Shown piece after piece: positions 37,275 through 49,060 of a stretch of DNA of 64,000 nt. Source of the stretch: Malacoraja senta (taxonomy: Eukaryota). Location of the stretch: contig CM075978.1 in NCBI GenBank assembly GCA_038087875.1, positions 180,172,001 through 180,236,000 of the forward strand, in the 5' to 3' direction. The notes beneath the pieces are model-generated. The model saw only the letters and a list, made by a program, of their open reading frames with translations. It had not been told where the DNA came from and searched no databases. Position 1 is the stretch's first letter, and each line of letters opens with the position of its first letter. Made by a program: the position numbers and the translations under genes.

Positions 37275-37751
37275 AGTGGATGATGAAATCCTTATCAACG
37301 ACATCACTTGGCTATAATGTATCTCATTTAAATGCTGCAATTGAGGCTTGGGGTTATTGGCTGAAATGAATAGAAATTCGCAGCGTGACTAACTCAAAGA
37401 TCATCACACCCTTCTGCATTCAAGGTGGGATAATCTGTGACAGTAAGCACGAAATATACGAGGCTGAATATTTGTCTGCCCTGTCATCTTATGCTCCGGT
37501 AGGACAAAGTCTCAATTTGAGAATGAAGTAAAGGTAAATGGATTTCAATATGTGTTGTCCAAACACTGTGCACCAACAATGGCTGGGAGAGAAATCATTT
37601 TGACGTAGGAAATCGAAGAAAACATATTTCCTATATCGTATTCGCTGAAAATATAAATATACTCAAAATGCATCACGATGCCTTAGTCATGTGATTTACG
37701 GCGTCGGAGTCACACGCTTCAGGCATTCTATGAAAACCTATTTATTGCAGT

Positions 37752-37806
37752 ATGCCGGTGAAAGCAATGGTTCGGTACATGGGTCTTCTTGCTTTAGTTT
37801 GTCAAG
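37752..37806 (+). pseudogene. Receptor gene 3, leader exon
   Basis: MPVKAMVRYMGLLALVCQ-G, 55 bp, phase 1. Confidence 0.75.
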
Positions 37807-38012
37807 GTATACTTAGTTTCTGTACCGATTTCGCTAATCAAATCATATTTGTCAATATTTTACACTAGTATGCCACAGCAAATTAAATTTACAACGTTTC
37901 TGCAATTGCCTTACCACTATTTCCTAATTGTTTTGTATTTGTGTATCCATTGGCTCTTTTTCTTGGTGCTGTATGTGCAACTGTTTTCATCATATTTACT
38001 TATTTCTGCCAC

Positions 38013-38317
38013 TGACAAAAGCAACTTCGAGCAAAGTAGAACAATTCCCCGCATTCCTGAAATTCTCCAGAGGCACAAATGCATCCATGTTCTGCAAATT
38101 TCCAATATTAAAAGAAACCGCTGACGTTTCTTGGTGGAGAGGGGGCGAGAAGACATTTATGGAACCGGACAACAGAAAGCAATTCAAAGTAGACAAGGGA
38201 AGCAGTACGTTTACTTTGCTGAATGTGAGTGTCGCAGACTTGGGGATGTATTACTGTCGAGTGAATATCAACTGCAACTTATCGGCAATGGAACTGGCTC
38301 CCAGCTAATTGTGTTAA
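38013..38317 (+). pseudogene. Receptor gene 3, V exon with a 1-nt deletion near 38264 and acceptor AG>AC
   Basis: About 58% aa identity to the gene 2 V domain (54/93 by hand). The G strand YQLQLIGNGTGSQLIVL lies in a shifted frame, giving a stop at 38306-38308. Confidence 0.88.
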
Positions 38318-39577
38318 GTAAGTTTATTTGTTACGGGATATGTTCATCTGTTGCAATGTAACTAAAGCTTGCTGATGGAGAAAATATTAATCTTATCCAG
38401 TTCTATAATTTTAATGGTTACTTCCGAGGTGAAAATCTGAAATATAGGGAACATACTGAAAAATATACCATGCGTCGGTCAATATACGTGCAGCGAGAGT
38501 TCTGTTATAGTTTTCTTTTATTTACTCCGGGTTATCTTACAAAGTCATAGTGCGTTACCCTGGTTATTGCTCTTGTAAATTGGCAGGTCAATTTATATTT
38601 TGACCTCCAGCTTTTCAAATACCCAACCAAATTCACGTTACTCCGAATTTCCAGAAAGTTGCAAATTTCCCACCCGACAAACTTTCCCATCAACTAATAA
38701 CGGAGGAGAAATGGATCTCACAGTTTTGAGGTGGATAATTTTGTTTACACTTTCACAGTCTCCAGGAAAGTTCATGGAATGAAAAAAGAAAAAGAAGAAC
38801 TACAACTGAAATTCTCCGATATTATTTCTTATTTAAAATAGATCCATGGTTATATCATCGTATAGAATAGAGTTTTGCTTGGTAATCATTTATATGGCAC
38901 AGGGAGTAAAAGGTAATATCGCTTTATTAATTAATAATGATCGTACAATAAGATGTTATTACATCAATGAAAGAAAGTAAAAATGCTTAAAAACAAACGA
39001 CATTAAGGAGATTACGCAATGAATTGACAAAAAAAGGTACAATTAACTCTCCCGCTCGCTAAATATTACTGACAGTGGCTCCAGCACAAATGGAACCATG
39101 TTCATTAATGTCTTGTTAATAAAATATGAAATGAGAAACAGAGTTTGCTCGGTTCATCCTTGCGTGTTTTTTGAGAAAATCAATTGTTGTCGCCGATGTA
39201 CTTCTGCCATTCAGTGCAGTCCATTTTCTATAACTACCACATGCACATAAGAAAGAGCAAATGTTCAGAAGAATTGCGTGATTTTGAATTCAACATAAAG
39301 CACTGTCGCGGAATCTTACCAAGCAATACATGTGTCACATTCCTTCATAATAATCGCGGGAACCCCGCGGGGCAGCAGTACTAAAGTTTACTCCATTCAT
39401 GCTTTGTTTCAATTGCACTACTTATCTTGATATCCTCCGTAAAATAATTTATAACAAAATTATAAACTCAACAAACAACCACACGGATAACAGGAGGCAA
39501 CAGCAACTGCTCAGCGACAATTATGTTCATTGAAATAAAATATATTTTACAGTTTCACGCTTTTTATATTGTTCCAG

Positions 39578-39861
39578 CTCCCCCAACTCCATTGAAAATT
39601 GTTGCTATTGAAGGAAGTGCACCGCATTTGCCGCAACTCGCGTGCAAAACGGCTGCGTTTTATCCAGAGAAATTAGAAGTTACAACGTGGAAATTTTGAC
39701 CGGTATTGAAACCGTGAGAAACAGAACAGCGGATGGATTTTATGAGGCTTCCAGTTTTTTGCACGATACGCAACCTGCTCCAGGCAAAACTGTTTACACC
39801 TGCCTGGTATCACACATATCTCTTACAGTCCCTGCCAGTTTCAGCTACATTGTCGAGCAAG
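39578..39861 (+). pseudogene. Receptor gene 3, C1 exon with a 13-nt deletion
   Basis: 284 bp versus 297 bp in gene 1. The deletion near 39680 removes the C-strand Trp and gives TGA at 39697-39699. Confidence 0.9.
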
Positions 39862-39907
39862 GTAAGCCGGGAGGAATTTAACGCAGACTCCAGCCGCCGA
39901 GAAATAC

Positions 39908-40005
39908 AATCTGAACAAGGGTCTCGATCCGATATGTCTCCCATTCCTCTCTCCATAGATGTTGCCTGTCCCGCTGAGTTACTCCAGCTCTTTTGTGTCT
40001 ATTTT
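39908..40005 (+). mobile_element. Degenerate Penelope-derived short repeat in the gene 3 intron
   Basis: ctgaacaagggtctcgatccgatatgtc..gctgagttactccagc; the core is mutated. Confidence 0.65.
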
Positions 40006-40379
40006 CTAATACAATTAGAGAGTTGTGCAAACACAAAAATCCAGTTCCTTTTCATATTTACTGGAACCTGCGGTGGCGGGTCCAGGGTGTCAGATCCAGA
40101 ATATAGAATGCATTCTGACTTTTTAAACTGTTGTCAAACTACCGGGCGTAGTTTTGTAAAATGAAATTGAACAGTCATCTTAACTTAATAACCAAACCTC
40201 TGCAAAGAGCCACCGTATAATGTGATCTGTTCTATAAATTCGCCATTACCGTACAATGCGTGCCATGTGGCAGTCATAAAATCTTTGTACAGAAAATATT
40301 GAACGATTGCTCTGCCTTCTTGTCTCGGTCCCTGTATATGTATTTATGTTTCACCGTTCTCATTTTTCGCCATATCCAG

Positions 40380-40490
40380 AAACCCCTGAAACCACGGACA
40401 AAACTCTAATTCTCCGATGTGTCGTGGGCGGACTGTCAATTGTTGTCCTGCTTATAATTTTGACAATATTCGCATTAAAGGCATAACGAG
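40380..40490 (+). pseudogene. Receptor gene 3, TM exon with Arg and an in-frame TAA after the TM
   Basis: ETPETTDKTLILRCVVGGLSIVVLLIILTIFALKA*. TAA at 40484-40486 aligns with CAA in gene 1. Confidence 0.85.
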
Positions 40491-40955
40491 GTAAGAACCT
40501 TGCATAACTTTTCATTTCATGTATCCGTAGATAGAAAAGCGAATGGTGCATTCTGAGAAGTATTGAAACAAGAAGCCAAAGCAAAACTAATTATTAGTTG
40601 TAAGTTAAACTAAAATTATTTCCCCTGCCCTTTCGAATTATTCAATCATCTTTCGATTGTGTGTTTTTCAAACATCTGTATTGTTAGCGTGTTGATTTGC
40701 TTTAAAGTCAGATTTTGAAGCATGGGTTATTTGGTGTAGACGTTCGCTTCCTCCGGTTGTGCAGATCTAACGCGGGTGGTATATATGAAGGTAATGCACA
40801 ACACATTACATTGTGGCGATGGTACTCCGATACGTATACGGGATTGTCGCTGCCTTCAAGGATCCATAGGCAGTAGATGTGATTATAATGTAATGCGTAA
40901 CTTACATTTTCATGACATTAAAATGTTATTCGTGATTTCTCTTTTATTCATGTAG

Positions 40956-43440
40956 GTATTAATGCAAACCCCGTGGAAGCAAGTCATAGCGTAGAACCGG
41001 TAGGTGAAGCTATTCTTCTTGTTTCCAAGAGGGATGGACGAGTACAGAAATTATACGAGCAGCAGAGAATATATCAGTTTCATTCCATATAATTTTATAA
41101 CATTGCAGCGCAGAAGGAAACCATTTTGCCTGTCACCTCTAATATTGGAAGGGGCGCAGCGAGTAAACCTGCAATCTCTTAGTTCCGTCCTGATCGGGTT
41201 CAATCCTAATCTCGTACGGTACTGTGGGTGATTTGCAGTTTATTCCTGTGTGCTTTTCGGCCGGATGCTCTACTCCCCTTGTATCCCAAAGTGATGCGGA
41301 TTGCTCGGTTACTTCGCTACTATAAATTGCGACCTAAGAATGAAAGTACATGTAAGTGCATAAGGGCAGACGACAAACTCGTCCCACTACCAGGTGCTCA
41401 CATAGGCCAGGTTGCCTGGGAGATACAGGGGGCACTGTTATCGCTGCCGGAAATCTACAGGGAAGCCGGAAACGGCGATAACGGAGACGGAATAAGATGG
41501 CGGGAAGTGAGAAATTGATCGCATTTGGAAGAGAGATTTTTCAAATGAATCGCAAGCTACAATATTAATAAACAAGTTGAACACTGGCACTTTGAATCCT
41601 CACGGGAATGACATTTTGAGAAATATAATTGAATGCAGTTCAAATGGTATCGTGCCCCTTTTTTGCAATCATTCTGTATGTTTATGTTTCAGACTCACTC
41701 TTTAAAGTACTACATCAGACCCTCTGCTAACTGTGCTGAATATCACTTTCTAATAGGTGTAGCGGCAGATTTTTATATCGTTCAAGAAATTACTCCCTCT
41801 CGCCGCTAAATGGACTGCATAATTAAGGAGAATGTCGTTTACGCATGCGAGCTCTCCATCAGAGCCCTTCATAGCTTCTTCACAGATAAATCTTCATAAC
41901 ACAGTCTTTTGATTAATAGATTGTTTATTGTTGATAAAAAACCTTGGTACATCCAAACTTCTTCCGACTCACACACAAAAATCTTCATCGAACTCCAGCA
42001 TATCGCTTTAATGGTTAGAAAACTCCTCGTGTCTCCATTACACTTCGCATGATCAAAGGGTATGCCTTCCCCATACTGGTCCAAAACTAAACTAAAAACT
42101 AAGCTTCTGGGGAAGAAACCTAGCTCCAAACACGCCCTAAAATACGTCATAAATCCCACCCTCAATATAACGGGCAGTCTAAAATTTAAAGACACATGCC
42201 ATCATTAATGACACACAAAACAAGCTCAAATGGCCACTACAATAGGTTCGGGAAACGTCAAGTGAAGATGCCTCTGCCTACGCAACACTAATCTTGAGAT
42301 AGGGCAAAAGAAATACCAAATATCGACGCAACGAAGAGCATGTTGTTCATGTCGAGATAAAGGCAAAGTGTTTGCACGAAAAGCATTCCAAGTAAACATC
42401 AGATTAAAGGAAATTATTTTTGTTGATTATGAAGCAACGTGAACATAATTTTGATCTTGTACGACTGTGGAAAAGCGCGTAATGACGAATTTTGAATTGT
42501 GGCATTGAAACCAGATAGAGCAGAACGACAGATTCAGCTGCATGAGACCATCGCACTGCAAAATTACCTTTATCTTTATTCTCGGATTTTAATGTAGAAT
42601 GCTGTCCAATATAAATGGAAAATTAAGAAACAGACAAGGTACCCGCCAACAGGTTTTTCCACCCAGCGGTCATATCCAGTGCCAGGAAATATGAGAAATT
42701 CAGACAATGACAGGAGAAACAGAGTGAAATCTGAATTCGGGATATCCACCTCAATAGGGGACAGGTGGCAGGATGGCACTGGACCTCAGAGAGGTTTATT
42801 ATATTATTTACAGAGTACTATGTTTACTTATTCTGTTGTGCTGCTGCAGCTAAGAATTTCTTAGTTCTATCTGGGACATATGAGAAGCACTCTTGACTCT
42901 TGACAGTGTTTCCATATTATCTAACGAAGATCACACAGTGACAGAGATATTACGGCTTCTCGTCTATACACAAGGTTAAAAAAATCCTGGCCTTCGGTGC
43001 TGTCAGTGTGAAGGTTGAACGTTATTTGGTGCGTCCTCGCGGGTTTCCCGAGGTGCTCCGAATACTTCGCACATCCCGAATCACGTGAGGGGTGGTAGGC
43101 TAATTAGACATTTAAAATGTCCCGTGTTTAGGCAAGTGGTATAATCTAGGCGTGAGTGAAGTGGTGATGGCAATGTGGAGAGAATAAAATGGGAATATTT
43201 TTAATGGATATTTGTGTTACACTGTTCGCTGGACCACGAAAGGCTCCGCAGAAGACTGGATAAATAATATGAACATAAACTATTCTACGTTATCTGCAAT
43301 CTGGAAATTATAATTGTTGGCTATATTCCAATTGTGTTGAAAATTGATTGCTTTCCTAAATCACTGGACAATGGACTAACAGGCAATATTGCATTTCTTT
43401 CACAGACCAAATGAGGCGGAGATGACCAGATGACACGCCT
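40956..43440 (+). pseudogene. Receptor gene 3, linker exon (40956-40999) and tail cassettes a (41114-), b (42246-42395), c (42598-42739), d (43406-, truncated)
   Basis: b reads VRETSSEDASAYATLILR*..EEHVVHVEIK. c is open, but its donor is GG instead of GT. d retains tttcacag|acc aaa and then stops. Confidence 0.62.
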
Positions 43441-44170
43441 CCCTGCAGCTTTTCCTGATCATTGATTGGCTTACCCATTAAAAAAACAGATAGCTGTTTG
43501 TCATATCATTGCATAGCAAAGTCACTGGAGCACACCTATGCAGTAGATCCGTGCGAAATGCGAGTGATAATTTCCACTGTGCTTTTCACTACTTCTCCTT
43601 TTCAGCCTCACCTCAGTATTACTGCATCTTTGTACCAATGCTTGCTAACAATTACTTGCAGAAGCAAAATACCATACAGTACAGAAATCCCGAAACTGAA
43701 GCATTTCTGTGCGACTCTTTATCAATTATTTGAATCGATACATTGGTATAACAAACGGGACCGATAAAAATAAATGACATACTGATGTATAATGGTAACG
43801 GAAGCAAGAACTTTTAATTTTCTTCAAGGTCATAGAGTCGTACACCATTTGAAAATTGTCGCATGAAACGTTAACTACATTTGTTTGTAGTTGAGCAAGT
43901 CAGGAGATAAAGTCTCCTCTAATTACCACTATCGTTATGATGATTGTACTCCAAATTCGAACTCGTCGCTAGAAGTTGCTTCGACTAAAATCAAATAATT
44001 GGAAATGCGTTTACACCGAGACAAGTAACAAATCGTTCCGTGACATTTTACATTGCTAAATGTAACCAATTAAGACAAAAAAAATGTAAAGTGGATAAGC
44101 AACAACATTAATACTGGAACCTGCATTTTTCATATTCCACGACCTACAGATACAGCAACCTACAGCAACA

Positions 44171-44458
44171 GTGGCGCAGCTGGTTGAGTTGTCGATACCT
44201 CACTGCGCCAGAGACCGGGTTCGATCCTGAGTTAAGGTGTTATCTGTCTGGAGTTTACACGTTCTCCCAGTGGCCGTGTGCCTGCTCCATTTCCTCCCAG
44301 ATCCACAAAACCTGCAGGGTTGTAAGTTAATTGGCCTCTATAAATTACCGCGAGCGTGTAGGAAATCAACGCGAAGTCAACGGGATAACATAAACGGGTG
44401 ATTCGTGGTCTGCGTGGATTCGGTGGGCCAACGGACCTATTCCCATGTTGTATCTTTC
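44171..44458 (+). mobile_element. tRNA-derived SINE (HE1-like), duplicate of 22213
   Basis: Box A and box B (GGGTTCGATCC), with the same flanks as copy A. Confidence 0.82.
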
Positions 44459-45499
44459 ATTCATCAAAACTTCTCAAAGACAGCCGAAGAAGGGCGATAA
44501 CATATCTGAACCAAATTCGTCCATTTTCTGCATGTTCGATATTATTCACCAGGAACAAATATAATTGCTTATAGCCGATTCGTTTTTTTATTCGTTTTTA
44601 ATTTTGCTGCGCAATGGCTTTGGATGCAAGTGGATGAAGCTGGTGGTTGGTTGGAGGAACGAGGTTCTGGTTTCAGGTGTTCACATTCCATCTTTAATTT
44701 GAATGCCTGGCGAACCCAACTGCATAATGACTCACAAGACCTGAATCAACAGCGCCTTGCATATTTAAATTGTGCATGTTCTGTTTAATAAACAAAAAAT
44801 GAAATCAATGCTTTGGTGTTTTACAAAACCTATAGGTATGATCCAAATTATATGCCATTGTAAAACAATCATTAGGGTCTGTAGCTGTAATATATAAAAT
44901 ATATTAACATATATAAAGTGACAGCTAGATTTTGAAATAACTCGAGCCAATGTTATAATTAGGTGTATTTATCACCCCGAAAAGAACCCCTTTTAATAGT
45001 GTATAACCCAATTATAAAACATGCTCGCAGCTCCTCAATACTGGCACCGTATGCATTACGCACGACCTTTATGATTCACATTGTGGTACTGAACTGAATC
45101 CATGGTCATTTACAGTTTGTTCGTGAATGGTACTTCGAAAAGGTACGTCCAAGATGAAAAGAAAATTTTGCCATTACAAAGTAACTTTTCTGTACTGTAT
45201 CTCACCATTATCTCATTATCTCACAAGATCAATCGAAAATAATCAGAAAGGAGAGGGATGGAGAGTTGAGGGAGGGAGTGGGGGGGGAGGAGGAGAGGGG
45301 AAAGAAGAGGGAGGGTGAAGAGGACGGGGATGGAGTGCTGGGGGATGAGGGGGAATGGAGGAGGATAGGGGTAAGAAGAGGGATGGCGAGGCGCAGTTGG
45401 TGGAGGGAAAGCCGTGACTCGCGTCACACGGTGATCTCTGGCATCACAACGGGAACGGGTAAGTTGTGGAATATTGCGTTGGGGGAACAGCGCCCAATG

Positions 45500-45742
45500 N
45501 NNNNNNNNNNNNNNNNNNNNNNNNNNNNNNNNNNNNNNNNNNNNNNNNNNNNNNNNNNNNNNNNNNNNNNNNNNNNNNNNNNNNNNNNNNNNNNNNNNNN
45601 NNNNNNNNNNNNNNNNNNNNNNNNNNNNNNNNNNNNNNNNNNNNNNNNNNNNNNNNNNNNNNNNNNNNNNNNNNNNNNNNNNNNNNNNNNNNNNNNNNNN
45701 NNNNNNNNNNNNNNNNNNNNNNNNNNNNNNNNNNNNNNNNNN
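45500..45742. other. Assembly gap (243 N)
   Basis: Run of N. Confidence 1.
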
Positions 45743-47316
45743 TATCTTCTGATTTGCGCGGTTTTTTCTATTTGCGCAGAAACAGTATGGATAGCGCTAC
45801 GATTTTTCGTCAGCTCATTCCCCGTTTTCCTGTGCTGCGAGTGCACCAAGTTAGGTTCCGATCGTTGCCATAATGTAAAAGTTAGCGAGGTATAAAAATC
45901 TTAAAACCGCGCGTGCGCAGATCCATCTCCTCTCCTGCCAGTCAGAGCCGCGCGGATTTGTCTCTTCTCCTGTCACTCCATGGGACAGTCTGCCCCTTCC
46001 TGCGCCTTTACTGGATCTGATGGACGCGCTGGATGGCCGGTGGAGGTCTCGAACCGGACATGATTTTCGGAGGGACCGGAAGTGGCCCAGCCCGGCCCGG
46101 CGCGGAGTCGGAGATGTGGCCGATGTCTCAAAATGGAAAGCGGAGACTCTGATCCCAGCGGAGGAGAACGACCAGCAACCAGCGCCCGCTGTGAGTCCCC
46201 ATCGCACCGCCAGCTCCATCCTCTTCCACTGTGGTCCCCCTCGCTGGCTCCTGCCCCCCATCCCCGTGATGCCCCGTTCTCCCCTATGTTCTTCCCCGAC
46301 TTTTCTCCAAGATCTCTCCCCCCCTCAACCCCCACCCACAAAACCCCTCCTCCCACAACCCAACCCAACCACACACTCCCCCTCCACCCACAACCCGCCC
46401 ACCCCCACCCCACAACCTCCTCCCGCGCACACACATATCCCCCCACAACCACCCCGCTTATACCCCCCTCCCCTCACAACCCACCCCGCCCACACAGACC
46501 TCCCGCCTACACAGACCCCACACCTACACACACCCCTCCCCCACAATCCCCCTCCCTCACGCCCCCCCACAACCCCTCCTGCCCACACACCCCCTTTCCC
46601 CCACAGCCCACCCCGCCCACACACACACCCCTCCCACGCACCCACCTCCCCCCACGACCTCCCCTGCCCCCACACCCCTACCCCCCTCCCCCACAACCCC
46701 CACAACCCCTCTGCCCACACCCCCACCCCCCCACACCCCACCCCGCCCACACACACCCCTCCCACGCACCCCCCTCCCCCACGACCCCCCCTGGCCCCAC
46801 ACCCCTCCCCCCACAACCTCCGCCCCACACCCCTCCCCCACACACCCCCGCCCCCACACCGCTCCCCCCACAATCTCCCCTGCCCCCACCCCCCCCCAAC
46901 AATCACCCACAATCACCCACAACCCCCTGCCCATACACCCCTACCCCCACCCACACACACCCCCTCCCCCACACTGCCCCTCCCCCTCGCACAGCCCTCC
47001 CCCCACCTCCCACTCCCCTCCCACCCACATACACACCTCCTCTCCCACCCCACACCCCCCGCCACACACCCCCCTCCCCCACTTCCCCCTTTCCACCACA
47101 CCACCCTCTCCCCCCGTAGACACCCCCGCTTGCACACACACGCCCTCCCGTCCTCCCCTTCCACCCCAGCTCCCCTCCTCCCCTCCCACACATGAAGAGG
47201 AGGATGCTGTGGGATATGGGGAAATGAGCCGCGCCTGCGCAGTTTGGGGCTATGGGTGAGTGGTGGAATATTGCGGTTGGTGGAACGGGTTGCGTTGGGG
47301 GTCCTATTTACTATAG
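45743..47316 (+). mobile_element. Non-autonomous Helitron with GC-rich cargo and a C/A-rich low-complexity tract (46300-47190)
   Basis: 5' part matches 23302-23770. The subterminal gtggaatattgcg..ggggtcc is shared with the other Helitron 3' ends; the terminal CTAG is degenerate. Confidence 0.62.
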
Positions 47317-48569
47317 TATATTACTAAAACTCATCTTGTTTGTTTGCGTGTGGGATTGTCCCCGAAACTATGCCAAACTGTTACATGATAGGGCTACAAT
47401 TTTTGGCCCACCTCACTCACTATTGTCCTGCAATGTAAATGAAACAAGTTTCCTTCAGATTGATGGTATATTTTACAAGTGATTGACATTTAAAACTTTA
47501 AAAAAAGTTAAAATCTACACGCCCAGTTGAGGGAGGCCAGTCAGCCCCGCGCGTGCGCAAAGGGCCCCGTATCCGCATTGCGGTGGGTCCGAGGGCGGGG
47601 AGAGGCCGACCGGCGGACACGGGGCCTGGGCGCTAGGGCTGGGTCTGGGGGCGGCGCCGTTGATGCTCCGGGCCCGCAGGGAGGAAGAGGAGCGGTACCC
47701 GGGGCAAGGAGTAGGCCACAGCCTCGGCCTCTCCCTCCCCCTCCCCCGGCTCCAGACCGCTCGCTCCCGCCCCCCCCCCCCCCACAGCGCCTGCCTCAAA
47801 TACAACTTCATCACCAACATGGTGGAGAAAACGGGGCCAGCGGTGGTTCACATCGAGATCCTGGGGAGGTGAGGATTGAGAGTACGGTGATTGAGTGAGG
47901 GGAGGGAAGGAGAGGAAGGGGGTAGTGGGGGAGGTGAGGGGGGAGAGTGGGGGAGGAGGGGGGTAGAGGGAGAGGAGGGGAGTGGGGGAGGTAGGGAGTG
48001 GGGGATAGAGGGAGAGGAGGGCAGTGGGGGAGCTGGGGAGGGAGATTGGGGGTGGGATGAGGAGTTGGGGAGGAGGGGATAGAGGGAGAGGAGGGGGGTA
48101 GGGAGGGGAGAGGGTTTATGAAGGGAGGGAATGACTGAGGGTAAGGGAAAGGAGAGGGTTGGAGAAGTGAGGCAGGCAGTGGGGAGAGGAGGTGGAGAGA
48201 GAAAAGTAGAGGGTGAAGAGGATGGCGAGGGAGTGCTGGGGAATGAGGGGGAATGGAGGAGGATAGGGGTGGAAGAGAGATGGCGACGTAATGGAGAGTG
48301 GAGGTGGAAGAAAGAGGAGGGGAGGGAGGGGGTGAGGGGGGGGAACAGAGGAGGGTTGGTGGAGGCTGGGGAAAGGGAGGAATAATGGAGGAGGGGAATA
48401 GGAGACTGAAGAGGGAGAGTCAGATGCATTCACATGGATCTTATTTTTTACAAGTTATTGCCATTTTGAAGTTTTAAAGCGTCAGCCGCGTCTATGCAGT
48501 TTGGGTCTATGGGTGAGTGATGCAATAATGCGCTGGGGAACGGGGCCCAACGGGTCCCACTTGGTCTAG
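47317..48569 (+). mobile_element. Non-autonomous Helitron carrying an HTRA2-like fragment
   Basis: 5' TATATTACTAAAAC; 3' GGGCCC-AAC-GGGTCC hairpin (48543-48557), CACTTGGT, CTAG|T at 48566-48570. Confidence 0.72.
47531..47868 (+). pseudogene. HTRA2: HtrA2-like serine protease exon-1 fragment (TM segment and protease N-terminus) with splice donor
   Basis: WALGLGLGAAPLML..KYNFITNMVEKTGPAVVHIEILG-R|gtgagg resembles the HtrA motif [21 protein letters not shown]. There is no start codon and no further HtrA exons were seen. Confidence 0.75.
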
Positions 48570-49060
48570 TTTACTTTAAAATCCAATATCAGCAGATCTG
48601 GCGACAGGTATAAGAGAAATGCAAGTTTACAAAGTTTGTATGATGGTCACAGATGAGCTCATTAAAAAAAGGGAAGGCTCTTGCACGGGGCTTTTCGGTT
48701 GCAACCAGCATGATGATGAACGACTTTGAAATGTAGAGGGTATCTGATGGTAATTAAAAATAAGCCCTGATTTTTTTAATCAGCTCAGATCGCTTCAGAA
48801 AATCAGCATCACTCTTCAGCTGTTCTTTCACGAAGGCCCTGTATTAACACATTAATTGTTTGTGAACGTCATTCCATAATTGCTTTGTGAAAATTGTTTA
48901 GTGACTCCATGCCACTGGTTTCTGGCCCAGATCTGTCAAGGATCGTGGGTTGGCTGTCTGTGCACCAGTCTCCCCACGTTAAACAAAGTGACGCACAGGT
49001 TTCCTCCATATAGGGTATAGCATCCTGGTCAGCCATGACCGAACGGAGCCTAAGAATAAG

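Noticed and set aside
46020-47195. Long Pro/His/Thr-rich ORFs (391 aa, 345 aa) and Gly/Val-rich antisense ORFs
   Set aside because: They are products of a C/A-rich low-complexity tract that lacks stop codons in several frames.
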